A stretch of 64,000 bases of DNA from an uncultured Gemmatimonadales bacterium (GTDB lineage Bacteria; Gemmatimonadota; Gemmatimonadetes; Gemmatimonadales; GWC2-71-9), in NCBI GenBank assembly GCA_963844035.1, contig CAWJMT010000035.1, positions 32,001 to 96,000 of the forward strand. The letters are read 5' to 3'. Every line of letters starts with the position of its first letter. Position 1 is the stretch's first letter. A program made the translations under genes and the position numbers. Under the pieces are notes generated by a model that made no database searches, had not been told where the DNA came from, and saw nothing but the letters and a program-made list of their open reading frames with translations. This document shows positions 10,193-18,931 of the stretch, piece after piece.

Positions 10193-11257
10193 GTGAGCGA
10201 CTACCGCGCGCTGTTGCGCGAGCTGTCCGTTCCGCGTCTTGTCGGTACCCCCGCGCATGCGCAGGTCCGCGAGGTCTTGCGGCGTGAGCTCGCAGCCCGC
10301 GGCTACGTCATCCTCGATCATCAGTTCACGATGCGCCGCACCGCCGGCCCCGGCACCCTGATGCCCGTCGGAGGTGCACTGGTCGCCGCCGCGATCGGCA
10401 CGGCGGCGCTCACCGCGCTGACGCGGGCGCCCGCGGCGGTCGCGGCTTGGCTGATAGCGTCGGCCTGCGGCCTGGTCGCCGTGGTATACGCGCGACGGCA
10501 CGCGGCCGTCCCGGTTGGGGCCGTGAATCTCATCGGCGTGCGGCCGCGCACGCGCGTCACCGTGTGGCTCGCGGCGCACTACGATTCCAAGGGGCAGCCG
10601 CTCTCGATGGCCCTCCGGATCGGCGCGGTGGTCCTCGCCGCCGTTGGCCTGGCGGGACTGGTCGGGATCGCGCTGACGCGCCTCGCGGGCCATCCCTGGA
10701 GCGGTCTGGTCGAGGGGTGCATCGCCGTGCTCGCGGCGGGCGGCGGGCTGCTGTTGCTCGGGAATCGCGTCACGAACGCATCGCCCGGAGCGGTGGACAA
10801 CGCCTCCGCGCTTGCAACCGTCTTCGCCATTCTCGACCGGCTGCCCGCCGGGGCCCCCGTGGGCGTGCTGTTTCCGGATGCCGAGGAGTATGGGCTGCTG
10901 GGCGCGCGCGCGTTGGTGCATACCCGCGCGAACCTGTTCGAGGGCACCGTGGTCATCAACCTCGACGGCATCGACGATCGCGGTACCGCCATCTGTTTCG
11001 TTCACCGCTCAGGCCCCGTAGTCGCCGCCGTCGCGCACGAGATCGGTGCCCGGCGGCGGCGCTGGCTGCCCGTTGTTGTGGACGGGCTCGCGTTCGGCCG
11101 CGTGGCGCGGGAGTGTGCCACGATCATGCGCGGGGACTGGCGGACGGCCACCATCGTCCACTCGCCGCGGGATGTCGCCGAGCGGCTGACGCTCGAGGGC
11201 AGCGGCGCCGTGGCGGGCGGGATCGCCCGGGCGCTGGCCGGTCTATTCCCGAGTTGA
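10193..11257 (+). CDS. M28 family peptidase with transmembrane inserts
   Basis: AHYDS, GAVDNASA, DAEEYGLLGA, NLDG, HSPRD. Confidence 0.85.
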   Translation: MSDYRALLRELSVPRLVGTPAHAQVREVLRRELAARGYVILDHQFTMRRTAGPGTLMPVGGALVAAAIGTAALTALTRAPAAVAAWLIASACGLVAVVYARRHAAVPVGAVNLIGVRPRTRVTVWLAAHYDSKGQPLSMALRIGAVVLAAVGLAGLVGIALTRLAGHPWSGLVEGCIAVLAAGGGLLLLGNRVTNASPGAVDNASALATVFAILDRLPAGAPVGVLFPDAEEYGLLGARALVHTRANLFEGTVVINLDGIDDRGTAICFVHRSGPVVAAVAHEIGARRRRWLPVVVDGLAFGRVARECATIMRGDWRTATIVHSPRDVAERLTLEGSGAVAGGIARALAGLFPS

Positions 11258-11266
11258 GGGCCTGCG

Positions 11267-11295
11267 TTGACGCCACCTGGCGTCGTGCCTAATTT
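11267..11295 (+). promoter_or_regulatory. sigma70-type promoter of purA
   Basis: TTGACG-17bp-TAATTT. Confidence 0.7.
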
Positions 11296-11322
11296 CCTCA
11301 GAGGATAAGAGGATATCAGTAT

Positions 11323-11347
11323 GCCCCGCCCGTCGGGGCTTTTTTTT
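11323..11347 (+). terminator. Intrinsic terminator in purA leader
   Basis: GCCCCG-cccgt-CGGGGC followed by T8, ending 8 nt before ATG. Confidence 0.8.
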
Positions 11348-11355
11348 GGGGTGCC

Positions 11356-12636
11356 ATGTTCGGACCGAAAACGCATTGCGTCGTTGTCGTCGGGGCCCAA
11401 TGGGGTGACGAGGGCAAGGGCAAGATCGTCGACGTGCTCGCCGAGCGCGCCGACATGGTCGTACGCTACCAGGGCGGGGCCAATGCCGGGCACACCGTGG
11501 ACACGGGCACCGGCGAGTTCATCCTCCATCAGATTCCTTCCGGCATCATCCAGGGCGCGATCTGCCTGGTGGGGAACGGGGTGGTCCTCGATCCCGAGAC
11601 CTTTTTCACCGAGCTTGACGCACTGGAAGCCCAGGGCGTGCGGACCGATCAGAAACTGTACGTGTCGGACCGCGCCCACCTCACCCTGCCGCTCCATAAG
11701 CTGCTCGATCACGCGCGCGAGCGCCGCGAGCAGATCGGCACCACCGGTCGCGGGATTGGGCCGACGTATGAAGACAAGTTCGGCCGCCGCGGGATCCGGG
11801 TAGGAGACCTGCGCCATCTCCCCCGGGCTCGCGAGCTGGTCTGCGCCCGCGTGGAGGCGGCCAATGCATTCCTCGGCCTGCTCGGCGCCGATGAGCGAGC
11901 CAATCCGGCGGAGCACGTGGATCTCCTCGAGCGGCTGGCGCCACGTCTGCTGCCCATCGCGGTCGATGCGGGGCGGGTGGTGTACGAGTCGCTGGAGCGC
12001 GGCGAATCGGTGTTGCTCGAGGGTGCGCAGGGCGCCTTGCTCGACGTGGATCACGGCACCTATCCGTACGTCACCTCGTCCAACACCACCGCGGGTGGCG
12101 CGGCGGTCGGGGCCGGAATCGGTCCGACGGCAATCGATGCGGTCCTCGGCGTCGTCAAGGCGTACACCACGCGGGTCGGCAACGGGCCGCTCCCCACCGA
12201 GGCGGAGCCCAAGCTGGCCGAGCATATCCGCGATCTGGGTGGCGAGTTCGGCGCGACAACCGGACGGCCCCGCCGCTGCGGGTGGTTCGATGCCGTCGTG
12301 GTCCGCTACGCCGTGCGGGTGAATGGCTTGACCGGACTCGCGGTGACCAAGCTCGACGTGCTCGACACGTTCACCGAGATCCCGGTGTGCGTCGGGTATC
12401 GCCTCGACGGAGAACCGTACGACAGCATGCCCGCCGAGGTCGATCGTCTGGCCCGGGTGGAGCCGGTGTACGAAGTCTTGCCTGGGTGGGGCCAGTCCCT
12501 CTGCGGCGTCCGGCGCCTGGCCGATCTGCCGCCCGCGGCGCGTGCGTATCTGGATCGTCTGCAGGACCTTGCTCGCGCCCCGATCCGTTACGTGAGCGTC
12601 GGGACGCGCCGCGACCAGATCATCGAAGTGCCATGA
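11356..12636 (+). CDS. purA: Adenylosuccinate synthetase
   Basis: QWGDEGKGKIVD, GGANAGHT, GTTGRGIGP, EGAQG, TKLDVLD. Confidence 0.98.
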   Translation: MFGPKTHCVVVVGAQWGDEGKGKIVDVLAERADMVVRYQGGANAGHTVDTGTGEFILHQIPSGIIQGAICLVGNGVVLDPETFFTELDALEAQGVRTDQKLYVSDRAHLTLPLHKLLDHARERREQIGTTGRGIGPTYEDKFGRRGIRVGDLRHLPRARELVCARVEAANAFLGLLGADERANPAEHVDLLERLAPRLLPIAVDAGRVVYESLERGESVLLEGAQGALLDVDHGTYPYVTSSNTTAGGAAVGAGIGPTAIDAVLGVVKAYTTRVGNGPLPTEAEPKLAEHIRDLGGEFGATTGRPRRCGWFDAVVVRYAVRVNGLTGLAVTKLDVLDTFTEIPVCVGYRLDGEPYDSMPAEVDRLARVEPVYEVLPGWGQSLCGVRRLADLPPAARAYLDRLQDLARAPIRYVSVGTRRDQIIEVP

Positions 12637-12649
12637 ACCTGCGCGCGCT

Positions 12650-13654
12650 ATGCTCGACCTGGCGGTGATTGGGGCCGGGCCCTGTGGACTCGCCGCGGGC
12701 GCCGCCGCGAAGCGGGCCGGCTTGCGCGCGGCGGTGTTCGACAAGGGCCCGGTGGTCGCGAGTCTGCTCACCTACCCGCTGTACATGACGTTCTTTTCGA
12801 CCCCGGAGAAGCTCGAAATCGGCGGAGTGCCGTTCGTCACCAGCGGTGACAAGCCGACCCGCCGCGAAGCGCTCACCTACTACCGCAAGGTCGCGGAGTA
12901 TCTGGATCTCGACGTGCGTCAGTATCACGAGATCGTAGGCGTGGTACCTGCGCGCGGGGGCGGGTTCGAGGTCAGCGTTCGTCCTCCGGGGTCGGCCAAC
13001 CCTGAGACGGTGGCGGCGCGGCACGTGGTATTCGCCACCGGCTATTTCGAGTCGCCGAACCTGCTCGGCGTTCCGGGGGAAGATCTCCCGCATGTGTCGC
13101 ATTTCTTCACCGAGGCGCACCCCTACTGGCGGCAGCGGGTCGTCGTGGTTGGCGGTGGAAATAGCGCGGTCGAAGCTGCGCTCGAGCTGCACCGGGTCGG
13201 CGCACTGGTGACCATCGTCCACTTCCTGGGAGACGTGGACAAGGGCGTGAAGCCCTGGGTGCTCCCCGATATCTCGAACCGCCTGAAAGACGGCAGCATC
13301 GCGGGCCGCTGGCGCAGCCGTGTCCAGAAGATCGAACCGGGTCGCGTGGTCATCGCCCGCGACACTGACGGTGCGACCGAGACGCTGCCCGCGGACTTCG
13401 TGCTGGCGCTGACGGGGTACCGCGCCGACCAGCGCTTGCTCAGGATGCTGGGCGTCAGAATCGACTCCACGACTGGCGTGCCCGCCCACGATCCGCTGAC
13501 AATGGAAACGAACGTGCCCGGCGCCTATATCGCCGGTGTGCTGTCGTGCGGGTTCGATGCGAACAGGGTGTTCATCGAGAACGGGCGGGGGCACGGCGAC
13601 CTGATCTGTACCCATATAAAAGCACGACCCCCCAGAGTTGCCCCCGGGGGGTGA
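12650..13654 (+). CDS. ypdA: YpdA-family FAD/NADPH oxidoreductase (putative bacillithiol disulfide reductase)
   Basis: GAGPCGL, YPLYMTFFST, KPTRREALTYY, GGGNSA, VKPWVLPD, FIENGR. Confidence 0.9.
   Translation: MLDLAVIGAGPCGLAAGAAAKRAGLRAAVFDKGPVVASLLTYPLYMTFFSTPEKLEIGGVPFVTSGDKPTRREALTYYRKVAEYLDLDVRQYHEIVGVVPARGGGFEVSVRPPGSANPETVAARHVVFATGYFESPNLLGVPGEDLPHVSHFFTEAHPYWRQRVVVVGGGNSAVEAALELHRVGALVTIVHFLGDVDKGVKPWVLPDISNRLKDGSIAGRWRSRVQKIEPGRVVIARDTDGATETLPADFVLALTGYRADQRLLRMLGVRIDSTTGVPAHDPLTMETNVPGAYIAGVLSCGFDANRVFIENGRGHGDLICTHIKARPPRVAPGG
13617..13653 (-). terminator. Minus-strand hairpin plus U-tract ending the riboswitch transcript
   Basis: Minus strand ACCCCCCGGGG-GCAA-CTCTGGGGGGT then CGTGCTTTT; GNRA loop and G-U pairs work only on the minus strand. 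Confidence 0.6.
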
Positions 13655-13741
13655 TCGCCTGCCCAACATCGTGCGCCCTAGACCCCGATGCGAGCGAGAC
13701 GAAGTTCGTGCTCTTCAAGCGCTCGTATCAGGGCATGCTTC

Positions 13742-13828
13742 AGACTCCGGTAGCCGGGCTATCTCTTCCGAGACCCCTAGCTTTGCGCCCCACCGTTGCC
13801 GGTGGTTTGCCCTGATCAGAGTTCTTCC
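13742..13828 (-). ncRNA. c-di-GMP-I (GEMM) riboswitch
   Basis: Minus strand CAGGGCAAACCACCG-GCAA-CGGTGGGGCGCAAAGCTAGGGGTCT-CGGA-AGAGATAGCCCGGCTACCGG matches the GEMM layout (GGCAAACC, GNRA-capped P2, GCAAAGC junction, P3, UACCG). Confidence 0.88.
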
Positions 13829-13840
13829 GGGGTGGGGTAA

Positions 13841-13856
13841 AGCAAAATCGGTGCCC
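13841..13856 (-). promoter_or_regulatory. sigma54 (-24/-12) promoter upstream of the riboswitch
   Basis: Minus strand GGGCACCGATTTTGCT (GG-N10-GC); predicted +1 about 13830, at the 5' end of the aptamer. Confidence 0.75.
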
Positions 13857-13943
13857 GGGATAGAAGGGTGTTTTTCCGCACGGAAACTCTGTCCCAGTCG
13901 TCACCGTATCGTGCTAAATGCCCGAAACAATGCATAATGCGAC

Positions 13944-15020
13944 ATGTCGTACGTAGTCTTGGCTGCGCCGGCAGCGTTCAAGGGGTCATTCGGCCCAAAG
14001 CAGGTCGCTGACGCCTTCGCCTCGGGCGTTCGCCGCGCGCTTCCCGACGCCACCGTCTTGCAGTGTCCCATATCCGATGGCGGCGACGGGCTGCTCGAGG
14101 CCGTCCTTCCGAGGGAATCGCTGCGGGAGTCGGTCGCCGTCACCGGACCACTAGGGTCCAAGGTGCAGGCGGTGCTTGGTTGGCTCGACAGTGACACCGC
14201 CATTTTCGAGTCTGCCAGTGCCTGCGGGATTGCGCTGCTCAAACCCGACCAACTCGATCCGCTGCACGCGACCACGCGTGGCGTTGGAGAGCTGATCTGG
14301 GAGGCGGTCGACCGCGGGGCGCGCACGGTCGTGGTTGGCCTTGGCGGCTCGGCGACGGTCGACGGCGGCAGTGGGGCCGCGCGGGGTCTCGGGTGGACTC
14401 TGCGGGATCGCGCCGGTGGGTTGCTTCCGGAGGGAGGTGGCTCGCTCGTCGATATCGCCGGCTTGGACGGGGGGTGGCGACTCGAAGCGCAGATCGTGGC
14501 GCTCGCCGACGTGACCACGCCGTTGGTCGGTGCCGCCGGAGCGGCGCGGGTCTTCGGACCGCAAAAGGGGGCCTCGCCGGAAGCCGTCGATCGCCTCGCG
14601 GCAGGGCTCGAGGTGCTCGCCGCGGAATGGGCGCGGCAGGGCCGCCCCGATCTCGGAACGCTGCCGGGCGGTGGTGCCGCCGGCGGCCTGGGCGCCGGGC
14701 TCGCGTTCTTCGGGCGGGCGGAGCTGATCCGCGGCGCCGAGTGGGTGCTCGAGCGGGTGGGATTCGACGCCGCGTTGGCGTCGGCAGACTTGCTGATCAC
14801 GGGCGAGGGCGCGTTCGATCGCACGTCGCTTGTCGGGAAGGCATCGGGCGAAGTGCTGCGGCGCGCGCAGGCGGCGCGGAAGAAAGTGGCGGTGGTGGCC
14901 GGGACCGTCAGCGATCTGATCGGCGTGCACGCGCTCGGAGGCGAGGGCCGGACGCTCGACGCGGCCGGGATCGCCGACCTCGCCGAGCGCGCGACCCGTG
15001 AGGCTTTTGGGTTATCTTAG
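13944..15020 (+). CDS. glxK: Glycerate kinase
   Basis: AFKGS, ISDGGDG, GLGGSATVDGG, FGPQKGA, GAAGGLG, ITGEG. Confidence 0.95.
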   Translation: MSYVVLAAPAAFKGSFGPKQVADAFASGVRRALPDATVLQCPISDGGDGLLEAVLPRESLRESVAVTGPLGSKVQAVLGWLDSDTAIFESASACGIALLKPDQLDPLHATTRGVGELIWEAVDRGARTVVVGLGGSATVDGGSGAARGLGWTLRDRAGGLLPEGGGSLVDIAGLDGGWRLEAQIVALADVTTPLVGAAGAARVFGPQKGASPEAVDRLAAGLEVLAAEWARQGRPDLGTLPGGGAAGGLGAGLAFFGRAELIRGAEWVLERVGFDAALASADLLITGEGAFDRTSLVGKASGEVLRRAQAARKKVAVVAGTVSDLIGVHALGGEGRTLDAAGIADLAERATREAFGLS

Positions 15021-15026
15021 GCCCCT

Positions 15027-16364
15027 ATGCCACCAGCCGACAAAACAATGGAAAAGCTCGTGTCGCTCGCCAAGCGACGCGGCTTCGTGTTCCAGTCTTC
15101 CGAGATCTACGGGGGCCTCGGCTCCGTGTGGGACTACGGCCCTTTGGGGGTGGAGCTCAAAAAGAACCTCAAAGAACGCTGGTGGCGCTCGATGGTGCAC
15201 GAGCGCGAAGACATCGAAGGTCTCGACGCGGCCATCCTCATGCACGCGAAAGTGTGGGAGGCCTCAGGCCACATTGCCGGATTCACCGATCCGCTCGTGG
15301 ATTGCAAGCAGTGCAAGAACCGCTTCCGAGCGGACGACCCCAGCATCAAGGGCACGCCCGGGGAGCCCGACGCGCAGTGCCCAAAATGCGGTATGAAGGG
15401 CACGCTCACGGCGCCGCGCCTGTTCAATCTCATGTTCAAGACGTTCATGGGTCCGGTCGAGGAGGATGCGGCGGTCATCTACCTCCGGCCCGAGACGGCG
15501 CAGGGCATTTACGTCAACTATCTCAACGTGCAACAGTCGTCGCGCCAGAAGGTCCCGTTCGGCATTGCCCAGATCGGCAAGGCGTTCCGGAACGAGATTA
15601 CCCCGGGCAACTTCACGTTCCGGACGCGCGAGTTCGAGCAGATGGAGATGCAGTTCTTCGTGAAGCCGGGGACCGACGGCGAGTGGTTCGAATTCTGGCG
15701 CCACGAGCGCATGAAGTGGCTGGTGGGGCTCGGGCTGCGCGCCGAAAAACTCCGGTTTCACCAGCACGGCAAGGGCGAGCTCGCGCACTATGCCAAGGAT
15801 GCGTACGACATCGAGTACGAGTTCCCGTTCGGCTGGCACGAATTCGAAGGCATTCACAACCGCACCGATTTCGACCTGTCGCGCCACCAGCAGTATTCCG
15901 GGAAGAAGCTCGACTACCTGGACCCCGCGACGAATGAGCGCTTCGTGCCCTACGTGGTCGAGACCTCCGCGGGCGCGGACCGGGTGACCCTCGCCGTGTT
16001 GTGCGACAGCTACCGCGAGGAGGAGATCGAAGGGGAGACGCGTGTGGTGCTGCGGCTCGCACCGGCGCTGGCGCCGCTCAAGGCGGCCGTGTTGCCGCTC
16101 GTGAACAAGGATGGAATGCCGGAGCTGGCCCGGCGCATCTTCGACGGCCTGCGCGCGCACCACAACGTGTTCTACGACGACGGTGGCTCGATCGGCCGGC
16201 GCTACCGGCGCCAGGACGAAGCGGGCACCCCGTTTGGAATCACGATCGACGGGCAGTCAACCCAGGACGGCACGGTCACCGTCCGCGACCGCGACACCCT
16301 CAAGCAGGAACGCATCGCCTCGGACCAGCTCGTGAGCTACGTCGCGGAGAAGATCAAGGCCTGA
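15027..16364 (+). CDS. glyQS: Glycine--tRNA ligase, homodimeric type
   Basis: KRRGF...IYGG, LRPETAQG, FRNEITP, RTREFEQME, SIGRRYRRQDE. Confidence 0.97.
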   Translation: MPPADKTMEKLVSLAKRRGFVFQSSEIYGGLGSVWDYGPLGVELKKNLKERWWRSMVHEREDIEGLDAAILMHAKVWEASGHIAGFTDPLVDCKQCKNRFRADDPSIKGTPGEPDAQCPKCGMKGTLTAPRLFNLMFKTFMGPVEEDAAVIYLRPETAQGIYVNYLNVQQSSRQKVPFGIAQIGKAFRNEITPGNFTFRTREFEQMEMQFFVKPGTDGEWFEFWRHERMKWLVGLGLRAEKLRFHQHGKGELAHYAKDAYDIEYEFPFGWHEFEGIHNRTDFDLSRHQQYSGKKLDYLDPATNERFVPYVVETSAGADRVTLAVLCDSYREEEIEGETRVVLRLAPALAPLKAAVLPLVNKDGMPELARRIFDGLRAHHNVFYDDGGSIGRRYRRQDEAGTPFGITIDGQSTQDGTVTVRDRDTLKQERIASDQLVSYVAEKIKA

Positions 16365-17071
16365 TTGACGTACGCCGACTTCCGGGCGCTGGTCGATCGA
16401 CTTGCGAGGGAAGTGCCCGCGGAATTCCGGGACGGCATCGTTGCGATCGAGGTGAGTCCCAAGGCCGTGCCCGATCCCGTGCGGGGTGGGGTCTACACGC
16501 TCGGTGAATGCATCCCGCTCGAGTGGAGCGGCAACGGTGCGAACCTCCAGTCCCGGATCATTCTGTACCATGGCTCGTTCGCGGCCCTGGCCCGTCCACA
16601 TGCCGCGGAGACCGACTGGCGCCGCGAAGCCTGGGACACGCTCGCCCACGAGATGCGCCATCACCTGGAGTGGCGCGCCGATGTCGGCGCACTCGAAGCC
16701 TACGACTGGGCCGCCGAACAGAACTTCGCGCGCGCCGACGGCCAGCCCTTCGATCCCGTCTTCTACCGCTCAGGGGAGCAGGTGGCCGCGGGCGTCTACA
16801 AGGTGGACGACGACGTGTTCATAGAAGCAACAGACCGGGACGGGGGACGGGGGAGGGGGACGGGCGTGAAATCGCTTGGCACGGGCGGAAGTATCGGGTG
16901 CCGCTGCCACCGCGGGCCCAGCCACCCCTGTTTCTATCCTTGGAAGGACTCCTGGCGCCCCCCGCCGGTGACGTGATTGTCGTCGTGCCTCGGCGGGCAT
17001 CCCTCTGGGACCTCTGGCGACGCCGGAGCGTGACACAACAGGTCGTCGCGGTTGAGCCACTCGATGCCTAA
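16365..17071 (+). CDS. Zincin-like metallopeptidase family protein (frameshift in repeat tract near 16850)
   Basis: IILYHGSF, TLAHEMRHHLE zinc motif; C-terminus continues in ORF ending 17071. Confidence 0.75.
16837..16864 (+). repeat. GGGACGG-type heptamer tandem repeat inside CDS
   Basis: cgggacgggggacgggggagggggacggg. Confidence 0.7.
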
Positions 17072-17360
17072 GCGGGTCTTTCTCGCCACCAAGGACCTGA
17101 TGTTCCGGTCCAAGCTTGGCGCCACCGTGGTGGCCGCGGGCGCCGAGATCGTCAAGGACGCGACGGCGTGCGATCTGGTCGTGGTGGACGTTGAAAGCCC
17201 CGGTGCGGTGGACCGCATCCGGGGCTTCGTCACGAGCGGGACGCCCGTGATCGCCTATGGGTCCCACGTGCTCGCGGAACTGCTCCGCGCCGCCCGCGAC
17301 GCCGGCGCGACCGCGGTGCCAAACTCCGAGGTCGAACGCCGGCTACGCGCGGCACTCTGA
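17064..17360 (+). CDS. Small degenerate receiver-like protein
   Basis: DLMFRSKL, DLVVVDV, PVIAYGSHV, AARDAGA. Confidence 0.6.
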   Translation: MPKRVFLATKDLMFRSKLGATVVAAGAEIVKDATACDLVVVDVESPGAVDRIRGFVTSGTPVIAYGSHVLAELLRAARDAGATAVPNSEVERRLRAAL

Positions 17361-17826
17361 TTACTTGGCCGCGAACTGCACCGGAATCTGGCGCGGCCGC
17401 GCCTTCTCCACCTTGGGCAGCGTGACGGTCAGCACGCCGTGCTGGTAGTTCGCTTTGATACCAGTGGCGTCCACCGTCGTCGGGAGCGTGAACGTGCGCG
17501 CGAACGCGCCGTAGGTACGCTCGTCGCGGTGCACGCGCTCGGTATGCTCCTGCGTCACCTGCTGCTTCGTGCCCTGGATCGTCAGGACGTTGTCTTCGTG
17601 AGAAATCTTCACGTCCTCCGGACTCACACCCGGCACTTCCGCGACGATGCGGATCGCGTCGGCGTCCTCGAAGATGTCCACCGCAGGTACCCATGCGGCC
17701 ACCGTTTCCATCAACGGGCTGCACGTCCAGGCCTCCGAAGGCGTCGTTCAGGAATCGAGTGAGCCGGTGCTCAAGACTGTTCGCTGTGAAGGGATTGGGC
17801 GCGAGACGGCGAGTAATGGTCAACAT
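17361..17826 (-). CDS. Hsp20/alpha-crystallin small heat-shock protein (frameshift near 17715)
   Basis: WVPAVDIFE, AEVPGV, ERTYGAFARTFTLP, ANYQHGVLTVTLPK, IPV tail. Confidence 0.92.
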
Positions 17827-17887
17827 ATGCTTTCTGTCCTCCGCGTGATGTCGAATGGTTACGCTGCTACGACCCGCCGAGCCCATG

Positions 17888-17903
17888 GGCAATGGGCATG
17901 CCG
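17888..17903 (-). promoter_or_regulatory. sigma54 promoter of hsp20
   Basis: Minus strand CGGCATGCCCATTGCC (GG-N10-GC). Confidence 0.7.
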
Positions 17904-18041
17904 CGCCCAGGGCACCATTCCTTGCCTTCTTGACACCTCGCCGGAGCGATGGGCTGCCTATTTGTCAATCAAGAAGCTGGAGATGTCAAACCGGCGCGCC
18001 CCTCACCATCGGTGCGGTCGCCTTCTATCTTTCCCGGCCTC

Positions 18042-18333
18042 ATGATTCACACCGTAACGGTCGGTCTCGCGCCCGGGGATGTCCTGGCCCGGGCGAAAGC
18101 GTTCTTCGCGGAGCGGGTCCCGCACGCGAGCGCATTCCCGGAAAAGGAAGGGCCGCAGTTCCTGCTGCTGCGCGGGCAGGGGGGCGAAGAGGTGGTGATC
18201 AGCGCCCGATCGGCCGATGGGGACCAGGCGGCCGGCCGGAGCCTGGTGCGAGCCTCGACGCTGTTCTTCGACCAGGCCGTCGATCGATTCCTGTCTACGC
18301 TTCCACTCGAATCGGAAGTTGACGATTGCGTGA
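18042..18333 (+). CDS. Hypothetical protein (in frame with the next CDS as assembled; may be separate)
   Basis: MIHTVTV...RGQGGEEVVI...DQAVDRFLSTLP; GTGA overlap at 18330 suggests a gene boundary. Confidence 0.6.
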
Positions 18334-18605
18334 GCGCGGTTTCGGGGACGTTCACGGTGCGCGTCATGGTCACAGACGTGTGGGACCAGGTGGTGCTGGC
18401 CGTTACAGCGACGACGACTGTGGCGGAGCTGAAGCGTGAGGCCCTGACCCGAGCGCTGAGACGCGCCGGGATCGCGCTCGAGCGCTACGTCGTCAAGTTC
18501 CACGGAGCGGAGGTGCTCGACGAGTCCCTCGCGGTCGCGGATCTTGGCGCCGGCCCCAACTCACCGTTCATCGTGCTGCCGTCGCATCGTCAGGCGGTGC
18601 GATGA
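18330..18605 (+). CDS. Ubiquitin-like (EsaB/YukD-like) beta-grasp protein or domain
   Basis: About 90 aa: TVRVMV...TTTVAELKREAL...YVVKFHGAEVLDESLAVADLG...FIVL, matching the Ubl TVxxLK / lxfxGxxL.D..tl.d.g pattern. Confidence 0.65.
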   Translation: MSAVSGTFTVRVMVTDVWDQVVLAVTATTTVAELKREALTRALRRAGIALERYVVKFHGAEVLDESLAVADLGAGPNSPFIVLPSHRQAVR

Positions 18606-18865
18606 GGCCCAGCCGCACGCCGACGACCCTTGCCGTGGGGTTTCTCTCGCTCGACGCCCTGTTACTCGGGTACGCCGGATTCACCGGCGGCCGCCCGCTG
18701 CTCGTGGTGGCCGGCGCCGCATGCGGGCTGGGCGCCGTCCTGGTCATCGCGGCGTGGCGTCGCTACCGGCGTACGCTGGCCGAGCTCGAGGACGCCCGTC
18801 GCGACATCAAGCGCGAGGTGGCCTCGATTCGTGACCTGCTGCAGGGCCATCACCTGAACAACTAG
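18602..18865 (+). CDS. Small 2-TM membrane protein with coiled-coil tail
   Basis: Two hydrophobic segments then LAELEDARRDIKREV; ATGA overlap. Confidence 0.65.
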   Translation: MRPSRTPTTLAVGFLSLDALLLGYAGFTGGRPLLVVAGAACGLGAVLVIAAWRRYRRTLAELEDARRDIKREVASIRDLLQGHHLNN

Positions 18866-18931
18866 TGCCGTTCCAACCACTCATGTCGGGCACGCGGTAC
18901 CTCCGGGCAACCACGGTGGAACGGCACTAGC

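Noticed and set aside
12620..13669. 349-aa minus-strand ORF as the gene controlled by the riboswitch
   Set aside because: Codon-for-codon antisense shadow of ypdA with no recognisable motifs; the hairpin/U-tract lies near its start
17910..17926. Plus-strand sigma54 motif GGCACCATTCCTTGC
   Set aside because: GG-to-GC spacing is 11, not the required 10
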